DNA of 64,000 nt from Chiloscyllium plagiosum (taxonomy: Eukaryota), in NCBI RefSeq assembly GCF_004010195.1, contig NC_057749.1, positions 17,067,750 through 17,131,749 of the forward strand, read 5' to 3'. This document shows, in pieces, positions 39,031-48,480 of the stretch. A program made the translations under genes and the position numbers. How positions within the stretch are numbered: the stretch's first letter is position 1; the number at the start of each line of letters is the position of its first letter. A model generated the notes under the pieces. That model had not been told where the DNA came from and searched no databases. It was given only the letters and a program-made list of their open reading frames with translations.

Positions 39031-40117
39031 TGAATTTGGTGAGGGAGTATGTAATTAGGCCTCGGAGTCTGCTTTGCCATTTCATAAGATTGTCTGGCTC
39101 CAACTCTTCTTTCCTGTCTATCCCTCCAGATACCCTTTAAATCCCTGGTTGGTCGAGAAGTATCTGAGGAATGGTTACTCAACCCAAAACGTTAACTCTG
39201 ATTTCTCACCACAGATGTTGCCAGACCTGCTGAGCTTATCCAGCAATAACTGTTTCTGTCTCTGATTTACAGCAGCAGTAATTCTTTTGTTTCTATCATT
39301 GCCGACTTCTCTCTGTGGAAGAGAGTTCAATGGACTCAAGACCTTTTGAGAGAAAAAAATCCTCACCTTTTTCTGAAATGGGAGATTCCTTATTTTTAAA
39401 CAATGTCGCTACATTCTTTCAGCAGTTAAAACATTTTTTCAGCACCAGCCCTGTGAAATCTCCTCAGCATCTAAACGTTTAAATAACAGCTCTCATTCTT
39501 TTAAACTCCAATGGATACAGGCACAATTGTGGTAACTCAGTTTCTCTCGTTGTGTTCAGTCACAAAGTTTTCAGATTCAAGCAAAATGTAAGGAAACATT
39601 AAAAACGAAAGAAGTCAGATTAATTTCACTTGAATATAATTCAGTCACAGGTGAGTTTAAGAGATGCAGAGCACCACAATATATTGTTAAACAATGGACT
39701 ACTTATTTAAAATGCATTATAGCAATATAATGCTGTAAATTCCACTCCACCTCTCCCCCAAAGCACCAAACAGAAAACATGGACAGAATTATTTTGTGTA
39801 AGGCATCATATTTCCAGCATGCTCTAGAAAGTTTGAATACATCATCAAAAGTCTTTTTCATGATCACTTCTCCAAGCTGTCTCAATGAAGAAGCCACAAA
39901 GAGAGTGAGGGAAACAATATTTCCTAGTATCCTTACAAATGAAGTCTCACAACATGCAAAACCTACCCGACTTTTATCCTCCAGCTTGGAAAAGTAGTCT
40001 GATCGTGAGAAAGATGATTACCTCTTTAACAAAATTTAAATGTCTATCTCAAACCAGTTGGCTAACCCATCCAGAAATCAACACACAGATGCACTCAAGA
40101 AAGAAACAAAGAAGTGA

Positions 40118-40753
40118 TCATTTCTTTGAAAGCTGCTCGATCAGTTTTTTCCAGCTAACTCTCTTCTGGGTGATATAGACTGGGGTGACAACCATGACCG
40201 GTGGCCTGTGGTCCTTCCTGAGGTATTGCTCGCAAAGAGCCTCTGTAGTGCACATCACATACATCCCACAATCATAGCTGTTCTTTTGAACTGGTGATGA
40301 ATCCTCAATGAAAGGCACTTCAGATTTGGTTCCCAGAAAGTGTTGCAGCTTCTTCGCTATCTTTCGGGCATGGCTTTCATTCATGTTGCTGCAGGAATCA
40401 TAGTGGCTGAAACAGTTTCTATCTCTGTTGTAACATAGCAAGCTCCAATGAGACCCACCAGCCGCCTGCACAGAGTTGTCATTGACTGCAAGGAAGACCA
40501 AGCTTTTCTGTGCCAGTGCTAGTGGCTCCAGGAAGATTGCCAACTCGTCCTGGCTGGCCATGCATTTAATAAGCTGAGTAACTTGAGGGCTGATGAAGCA
40601 GGCTCTGTCTGAGAGTTCCTTGTACTGTTCAGCGGCAAAGTATTCAAAGGCAAATGCAATGATGTGGTCATTGAGCCAGTTGGGTGGGTTGAGGAGTGAC
40701 AGATCTGAGCGTCGGATTAAGCTGTCATGGTAGCTCAGTATTACTGGGTCCAT
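40118..40753 (-). CDS. SENP8: Sentrin-specific protease 8 (NEDD8-specific protease, NEDP1/DEN1), single coding exon, 211 aa
   Basis: MDPVILSYHDSL..WLNDHII..GGSHWSLL..HYDS..QKNSYDCGMYV with catalytic H102/D119/C162. Acceptor gtttgcag|GAGCAGCATG at 40760. Confidence 0.98.
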   Translation of the reverse strand: MDPVILSYHDSLIRRSDLSLLNPPNWLNDHIIAFAFEYFAAEQYKELSDRACFISPQVTQLIKCMASQDELAIFLEPLALAQKSLVFLAVNDNSVQAAGGSHWSLLCYNRDRNCFSHYDSCSNMNESHARKIAKKLQHFLGTKSEVPFIEDSSPVQKNSYDCGMYVMCTTEALCEQYLRKDHRPPVMVVTPVYITQKRVSWKKLIEQLSKK

Positions 40754-41264
40754 GCTGCTCCTGCAAACAAACGAGAAACTTCAGATACAAAAATAAAATT
40801 CTAGAGATGCTGGAAGTCTGAAATAAAAACAGAAAATGTTAGAACTACTCAACAGGTTTGCAGCATCTGTGGAGAGAGAAAAGAATTAATGTTTTAGGTC
40901 TATGACGTTTTGTCAGAACTGAGAAAAGTTAGAAATGTAATAAGTTTTGAGCACGTGAAGGGAGGAGGGGTGGAAGAAGAAGAAAAAGGAAAGTCTTTGA
41001 TAGACTGGCAATCAACAATGAGACTTCAGTGTTCTAATAGAGGAACAAGGCACCATTGGAGGTACTATCACAGATTGGTCCTGAAGATAAAGCCCTGTCC
41101 GGCTTCACAGATGAATGTAAAATATCTCATGGCACTATTCTGAAGTAGATTGGGGAGTTCTCCCTGTGTCCTGCTCAATATTGATCCCTTAAATGACATT
41201 ACCAAAACAGATTTTCTGATCAGATACGTCATTTCAGTTTAAGAGACTTTGCTCTATGGAAATT

Positions 41265-41630
41265 CATATAATCTCTACAGTATGGAAGTAGGCAATTTGG
41301 CTCATCAAGTCCACACTGACACTCTGAACAGCAACCCATCTCCCCTCCGCGCCCCCCTCCCCCCCCATCCCCCATCCCCCATCCTAACCTTGTATTTCCC
41401 ATTGCTAATTCACCTAGTCTGCATAACCCTGGACCCTATGGGCAATTTCGCATGGCTAATCCACTTAACCCATATATCTTTGGACTGGGAGAGGAAACTA
41501 GAACACCTGGAGGAAACCCATGCAGACACGGGTAGAATGTGCAAACCCCACACAGACAGTCATCCAAGGGTGAAATTGAACCCAGGTCCCTGGTGCTGTG
41601 AGGTAGCATGGCTAACCACTGAGCCACTAT
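41265..41630 (-). mobile_element. HE1-like SINE
   Basis: Minus-strand head tagtggctcagtggttagccatgctacctcacagcacc and core. Confidence 0.8.
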
Positions 41631-41971
41631 AATACCCATATGACAAATTGCTTATGTTTTCTGTATAATATCTTATAGTTGTGAAAGTGGCTATCTAATT
41701 GTAAGTCTTAAATCCATTGGGTGCCATAAACAATATGCAACAATTCACCAAGGTTCCTTCCACAACAGTTACTAAACCCATGAACTCTATAACCTGAAAG
41801 GACAAGGGCAGCAGATGCATGAGAACACCATCACCTGCAAGTTCGTCTCCATGTCTGAACTGGAAAGAAACTGCTGGTCCTCTAACCTAACAAGAGTCTA
41901 AAATTAAGCCTGTCCATTCTTAGCCTTGGTGTCACATTCTATCGTGAGACATGCTTCCGACCTCATATTCA

Positions 41972-42226
41972 TACCATTTCTAAGCGTTTGGATTAGTGGT
42001 GCTGGAAGAGCACAGTAGTTCAGGCAGCATCCGAGGAGCAGCAAAATCGATGTTTTGGGCAAAAGCCCTTCATCAGGAAGGGCCTTTATTCCTGATGAAG
42101 GGCTTTTGCCCGAAATGTCGATTTTGCTGCTCCTCGAATGCTGCCTGAACTGCTGTGCTCTTCCAGCACCACTAATCCAAAATCTGGTTTCCAGCATCTG
42201 CAGTCATTGTTTTTACCACTTCTAAG
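41972..42226. mobile_element. Palindromic PLE-derived insertion (family A) with 93-bp arms and 13-bp TSD
   Basis: Arms 41987-42079 and 42089-42181 are inverted. TSD tacca(t/c)ttctaag at 41972-41984 and 42214-42226. Confidence 0.88.
42088..42123 (+). ncRNA. Minimal type I hammerhead ribozyme motif
   Basis: attc-CTGATGA-A-GGGC-tttt-GCCC-GAAA-tg-TC-gatt. Confidence 0.7.
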
Positions 42227-42579
42227 AGTGCCTTCTGCAGCTCCATAATATCACTGACTTTACACGTGTCATAACACATTTACTGCTGAAATGTCTATTC
42301 ATGCCTTTAATATCTCCAGTTTTGACTATTCCAACACACTCCTGGCAGGTCCCCCACATTCAATGCTTCATAATCTTGAGGTGATCCAAATGATTGTTGC
42401 CTATTTCCTCATCAGACCCGTCCTTGCTAACCTTCATTTGCTCCTGGTCTGCTTTGGGTGGTTCAGTCATACTTTTTTTTTACAATGCATCTCGGGTAAT
42501 TTCATGATATAACACACTTTGTTCCTTCACTGTCACGGGAACTTCTTTCCAAAGAGCACAATACGTGTATCGCTACACT

Positions 42580-43052
42580 CCCAAAAGCCTGTCAACACTT
42601 ACAAGGCACAAATCAGGAGTGTGATGGAATATGCCCCACTTGCCAGGATGAGTGCAGCTCCAAGCATATTCAAGCACCTTTTTACCATCCAGGATGAGGC
42701 AGCCCACTTGATTGGCACCATGTCCACAAACATTCACTCCCGTCCCTCTCAAAGCTGAGAAGCAGTAGCGTGTACCATCTACAAAATGTTTTAAGTAACT
42801 CACCAAGGTTCCTTAGATAGCACCTTCCAAACCCATGACTACTGCCATCTAGAAGGATAAGGGCAGCAGATATATAGGAACACCACGACTTGCAAGTTCA
42901 CCTCCAAGCCACTCACAAAACTGACTTGGAAATATATTGCTAGTTCTTCAGAGTTGTGGATTAAAATTCTGGAAGTTCCTCCTGAACTGCATTGCCCATG
43001 CACCCACATGAAATGAACTGCAGCAGTTCAAGAAGCTAGCTCACCACTATCG
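42580..43052 (+). mobile_element. Non-LTR retrotransposon 3' fragment
   Basis: YKAQIRSVMEYAPLARMSAAP...TIQDEAAHLIG post-RT motif. The tail resumes at ~44020-44105. Confidence 0.7.
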
Positions 43053-43790
43053 TTTTTTTTGTTTTTGTCTGTTAACTGCCACGAATCAATCACCCATGTT
43101 GCCAATTAGAAGTTTCTATGCAAAGCCCATTATGGGCAATGCAAACCATCGAAGTGAGGGAGGGGTAGAGAGTGCAAGAAGGGACTAAATCAAAATGAAG
43201 TTGGAGGGGGAAATAAAACACTATCATCTGCGATGCCCACCTCTGAAGGCATTGAGAACACTGTGCGCTCCCTATCCAATGACACTTCAGCACAAACATA
43301 ATAACCACTGTAGAGGGACAGACAGTCAACAGAGATGACCCACTCCACAACTTGCTGCCTAGATGCATTAATAGTCAACCTGGCCAGACCCAGGAGCAGA
43401 TCCATGAGAAGGTCCATGAATTTGCACACGTCCCACCACACCGGATGCCCAAAGATCAGGAGTGTGGGCTGAAGGACAACCCAAAGCAGAACAAAAGATT
43501 TTTCAAATAACGAAAGAGGGGATGCAATTTCCCACAACCAATATATACATGGTCCACAGACTTCACAGTGCTGCATAATAAGTGGTTGGGTTGGGAGTCC
43601 ATAAACCACTACAAGCTGTGGGTATCCGGGACTGTTACATGCAACACCTTCCACCCTGGTAGAAAATGGGAGGACTCCTCATATACACCCCTGGAGATCC
43701 CCACTGCCTGGTGGCAAATAAGCACGCTAGACATCAGATAAAGGAGTCAAGGCAGGTGGTGCACAGCAGCAGCCGTAGAAAAAACACTTT
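43053..43790 (-). mobile_element. Tx1/L1-clade LINE 3' fragment
   Basis: PTLLIFGHP..LLLGLARLTI..SR..DCLSL..VSLDRE resembles a Tx1 ORF2 C-terminus. A-rich tail on the minus strand at 43053-43066. Confidence 0.65.
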
Positions 43791-44419
43791 TTTTGTGAGT
43801 TAACAGTCACATTATACATACCTAAAAAAAGGTGGCTCACGTTGTGGGTGTGGGTTCCTAAAGGAGGTTTAGAACCTTGGGGCCAATGTGAAATTCCACC
43901 CGAGTAGGGGTTCCAATGTATACCTGTGCATCCTCTAACCAGTGCACAACAGGTCCATTTACCACTGTTTTCAGGCAACACGTGACATTGGCCATGAACT
44001 GGATGTCCACTGCTACCCTGCTCACTACACCCTCTCAAAGGCAACCAGGATTGGGCAATAAATGCTGGCCAGCCAGTGATGCCCAGATCCAGAAGTGAAT
44101 GAAGTAAAAACCTACAATTGATAGACTGCAGCGTGCGAAGAAGACAGTTCATGCAGGTGGAATTAGAGAAAAATTGCATCTCTCACCAGTAATGCTTACA
44201 TCTCATCAATGAATAAAATAAACTCCTTTTGAAAGTCTGTGCAATCTGGTCTCAAACCACTCAATGGTTTATCAATACTGATCTTTCCAGCGAAATTGAC
44301 AGCCAATTAGGCACTGTTCTGAGGGTGAGATTAACAGTGCAAAATGTGCTTGGTTATTCCCCTTAATACCACTGACAGCTTAATGACAGGTAGGTTGTCC
44401 AGACTCGAATGTTGATAAA

Positions 44420-45332
44420 TAACTTTCTAACAGGAGCAACATTTCTTCCCACTGCAGTGACTGGCAGAAGCAAGAGTCTGACCCCCTGCAGTGGCTGACA
44501 GGGTCCAGAGCCCCATCTCCTGCAGTGACTGACAGAACCAAGTGACCCATCCCCTTCAATGACCAAGTGCCGCAGTGGGTGCAGCCACACAGCGCCTTGC
44601 TTTGAAAGGCCGACAGGACACAGACTTTCACTCTCTGCACAGATTGACAGGACCTAGAGACAATGATTGACAGACCAGGGTACACCACTGGCAGGGACTG
44701 ACATCGCCTCCTAGTGATTGACAGCCACATAACCCGCCCCAAACCATGATGGACAGCGTTCAGCCCACCCCTTGGTGATTGACAGACTTCGCCCTGCGCA
44801 ACGATGGACAGTCGTGCAGCCACACACACCCCTGTCTTGATCGACAGCCCCAGGGACTCCGCCTCCAGCAGAGAATCAAAGCACAATGACCCTCCCCCCC
44901 ACCCCGCGGTAACTGAACGCCAACTGCGTTGATTGACAGTCCCACGTCCCGCCTTCTGTAGTGATTGAGAACCTCACGCTCCGCCCGTTGCCGTGATTGG
45001 CACCACCCTGCTATGGCTAGTGCAGTGATTGACAGTCCAGTATCCCGCCTCCTGTTGTGATTGACAGCCCCATGTCCCGCCTTCTGCAGTGGTAGACAGC
45101 CCGTTGCCATGATTTACAACCCCATGGTCAGCCTACTGCAGTGATTAATGGCCTCGTACTCCACCCTTGACTCGATTGACAGCGCCATGCCCCGCCCTTT
45201 GTCGTGATTGATAGCTCATTTCCTGCCCACTAGTGATTGACAGTCCCACGTCCCGCCTCATATAGTGATTGACAGCCTCATTGTCGACCCACTATAGTGA
45301 CTGACAGCCCCAATCCCGTCGCGATTGATAGC
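44420..45332. repeat. Degenerate older part of the 32-bp array
   Basis: Recurring gtgattgacag...cccgcc units with indels, increasingly divergent leftward. Confidence 0.8.
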
Positions 45333-46369
45333 TCATGTCCCGCCTCCTGCAGTGATTGGCAGGCCCATGTCCCGCCTCCTGCAATGATTTACAGGTCCAT
45401 GTCCCGCCACCTGCAGTGATTGGCAGGCCCATGGCCCGCCTCCTGCAGTGATTGGCAGGCCCAAGTCCCGCCTCCTGCAGTGATTGGCAGGCACATGCCC
45501 CGCCTCCTGAAGTGATTTACAGGCCCATGTCCCGCCTCCTGCAGTGATTGGCAGGCCCATGCCCCGCCTCCTGCAGTGATTGGCAGGCCCATTTCCCGCC
45601 TCGTGCAGTGATTGGCAGGCCCATGCCCCGCCTCCTGCAGTGATTGGCAGGCCCATGCCCCGCCTCCTGCAGTGATTGGCAGGCCCATGTCCCGCCTCCT
45701 GCAGTGATTTACAGGCCCATGTCCCGCCTCCTGCAGTGATTGGCAGGCCCATGTCCCACCTCCTGCAGTGATTGGCAGGCCAGTGATTGGCAGGCCCATG
45801 TCCCACCTCCTGCAGTGATTGGCAGGCCCATGCCCCGCCTCCTGCAGTGATTGGCAGGCCCATTTCCCGCCTCGTGCAGTGATTGGCATGCCCATGCCCC
45901 GCCTCCTGCAGTGATTGGCAGGCCCATGCCCCGCCTCCTTCAGTGATTGGCATGCCCATGCCCCGCCTCCTGCAGTGATTGGCATGCCCATGCCCCGCCT
46001 CCTGCAGTGATTTACAGGCCCATGTCCCGCCTCCTGCAGTGATTGGCAGGCCCATGCCCCGCCTCCTGCAGTGATTGGCAGACACATGTCCCGCCTCGTG
46101 CAGCGATTTACAGGCCCATGCCCCGCCTCCTGCAGTGATTGGCAGGCCCATGCCCCGCCTCCTGCAGTGACTGGCAGGCCCATTTCCCGCCTCGTGCAGT
46201 GATTAGCAGGCCCATGTCCCGCCTCCTGCAGTGATTGGCAGGCCCATGTCCCGCCTCCTGCAGTGATTTACAGGCCAATGTCCCGCCTCCTGCAGTGATT
46301 GGCAGGCCCATGCCCCGCCTCCTGCAGTGATTGGCAGGCCCATGCCCCGCCTCCTGCAGTGATTGGCAG
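45333..46369. repeat. 32-bp minisatellite (cccatgccccgcctcctgcagtgattggcagg), ~32 units
   Basis: Direct repetition; the ORFs show a 32-aa (3-unit) period. Confidence 0.97.
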
Positions 46370-46515
46370 CCTTCGGGGCCGACAGCAGATATGATCCACT
46401 AGCCGGATCCCTAAGCCAACTGCCGCCGGGACGCCAGCCTGCACTAATTTTCCCATCAACCTCGTAGCCCCAATCTACAAAATGAGACACTTCAATCGAC
46501 GCCTGTCGATTTTAC

Positions 46516-46660
46516 CTGAGCGCTGCTGCTGCCTCCTTTCACACCCCAGGCCTTGCACTGCTAAGATCTACATCGCCTCCGCTTCATGTCGGCGCGAAGC
46601 GACTGGCGGGCGGCTGCCGTAAGGCGTTAGCTAGTCTTCACGACGGTGCCGTGCCGGCAG
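46516..46660 (-). other. SENP8: Putative non-coding first exon of SENP8 (5' limit uncertain)
   Basis: Donor CAG|gtaaaa at 46516/46515 in the CpG island. The SENP8 CDS exon has an acceptor 7 nt before the ATG, so an upstream exon is required. Confidence 0.5.
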
Positions 46661-46849
46661 GTGGCAGTGAAGCCCCAGCCCGGCGCGCGCGCGCGTGCGT
46701 TCGTTCCTGCCCCGCCCCGAGCGTGTGCGCTGCTCCTCCCACTCCCACCGCCGCTGTAGGCGCATGCGCCGGGTGTGGAGCAGTCGGGTTGGGGAGGGGG
46801 GGTGGTGGGACGGTAGGGGAGATTGGCTCGTGTCAAACGGGAGATCGGA

Positions 46850-47054
46850 GGGTGGCGCGAGCGAGAGGAGACGGGCTCGGTAACGGTCGCCACCGCCCCC
46901 CGGGGATGAGGTGAGGCTGAGGGTCCCGGGAGGGAGATGTCGAATCCGGCTGAGGCGGATGGAGATAGCTATTAAACAGGACTGTGGTCCGGACGGCATC
47001 GGTGCTGGCTGTTGATGGAGCGCGGGGGGGGGTAATAATCGGTGATAGCTCCCG
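46850..47054 (+). other. Putative non-coding first exon of the divergent gene (MYO9A inferred only from synteny)
   Basis: Donors GAG|gtgagg (46910) and CCG|gtaagc (47054). The downstream 15 kb looks intronic and T-rich on +. MYO9A is head-to-head with SENP8 in human. Confidence 0.45.
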
Positions 47055-47269
47055 GTAAGCCGCGATCGGGATCGAGTCCAAACCGCCCTCTCGCCTTCGC
47101 TCCCGCCCGCCCGCAATCTCTGCAGCTGTTAACGTCCCTGGCTCGTGCCCGCGCTCCCGGACAGAGCGCCGGGGACCCGCTTGCGCGCGAGCGTCCTGTC
47201 ACCATTTCCCGCACCCCCCCCCCCCCCCTCCTCCAGCCACACCCCATCGGCGGCGCCCCGTACCGAGAC

Positions 47270-48480
47270 ATCCCTGTGCCTGAGGGGGTGCTCCATGTAC
47301 CTGAGGGGGTGCTCCATGTACCCTGGGCTGTCCCTGTGTCTGAGGGGCTGCCCCCTGTACCTGAGGGGGTGCTCCATGTACCTTGGGCTGTCCCTGTGCC
47401 TGAGGGGGTGCTCCCTGTACCCTGGGCTGTCCCTGTGCCTGAGGGGATGCTCCATGTACCCTGGGCTGTCCCTGTGTCTGAGGGGGTGCTCCATGTACCC
47501 TGGGCTGTCCCCTGTACCTGAGGGGATGCTCCCTGTACCCTGGGCTGTCCCCTGTACCTGAGGGGATGCTCCCTGTACCCTGGGCTGTCCCTGTGCCTGA
47601 GGGGATGCTCCATGTACCCTGGGCTGTCCCTGTGCCTGAGGGGATGCTCCATGTACCCTGGGCTGTCCCTGTGCCTGAGGGGATGCTCCATGTACCCTGG
47701 GCTGTCCCTGTGCCTGAGGGGATGCTCCATGTACCCTGGGCTGTCCCTGTGCCTGAGGGGCTGCCCCCTGTGCCTAGGGGGTGCTCCATGTACCCTGGGC
47801 TGTCCCTGTGCCTGAGGGGGTGCTCCATGTACCCTGGGCTGTCCCTGTGCCTGAGGGGATGCTCCATGTACCCTGGGCTGTCCCTGTGCCTGAGGGGATG
47901 CTCCATGTACCCTGGGCTGTCCCTGTGCCTGAGGGGCTGCCCCCTGTGCCTGAGGGGGGTGCTCCATGTACCCTGGGCTGTCCCTGTGTCTGAGGGGCTG
48001 CCCCCTGTGCCTGAGGGGGTGCTCCCTATACCCTGGGCTGTCCCTGTGCCTGAGGGGGTGCTCCCTATACCCTGGGCTGTCCCTGTGCCTGAGGGGATGC
48101 TCCCTGTACCCTGGGATGCCCCTGTGCCTGAGGGGTTGCCCCTGTGCCTGAGGAGGTGCTCCCTGTACCCTGGAGTGTCCCTGTGCCTGAATAGGTGTTC
48201 CCTGTCCTCTGTACCCTGGGCATCCCTGTGCCTGAAGAGGTGTCCCTGTGCCTGAATGTGTGTACCCTGGGGCATCCCTGCCCTTGAAGGGGTGCCCCCA
48301 TACTCTGGGGCATCCCTGTGCCTGAAGGGATGCCCCCATACCCTGAGCATCCCTGTGCACCCCTGTACCCTGTGACCCAAAGGGCATCCCTGTATGCAAG
48401 GGTCTCATGTCGGAGGGTTGCCTTTGCCTGGAGGGGCAGCCAGTGTCTGGAAGGCTGTCCATGTGCCTGAGAAGTGCCAT
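47270..48480. repeat. 39-bp minisatellite (ccctgtgcctgaggggatgctccatgtaccctgggctgt) with ~21-bp sub-unit variants
   Basis: Direct repetition with a 13-aa period in ORFs; degenerates after ~48120. Confidence 0.96.

Larger units (their letters stand above)
46370..47270. promoter_or_regulatory. CpG island, probable bidirectional promoter
   Basis: High CpG density, (CG)n run at 46683-46698, GC box ccccgcccc at 46710-46718, NRF1-like GCGCATGCGC at 46760-46769, inverted CCAAT at ~46821-46826, and splice donors pointing outward on both strands. Confidence 0.88.

Noticed and set aside
39160-39290. Additional hammerheads in a third PLE-like tail family (also ~3240-3350, 23840-23960, 40800-40920, 48600-48710)
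   Set aside because: Cores are too decayed or truncated to call individually.
45333-46183. 272-aa and 264-aa ORFs
   Set aside because: Translation of the 32-bp array cycling through frames.
45333-46369. CRISPR-like array
   Set aside because: Contiguous units without unique spacers, no cas genes, vertebrate DNA.
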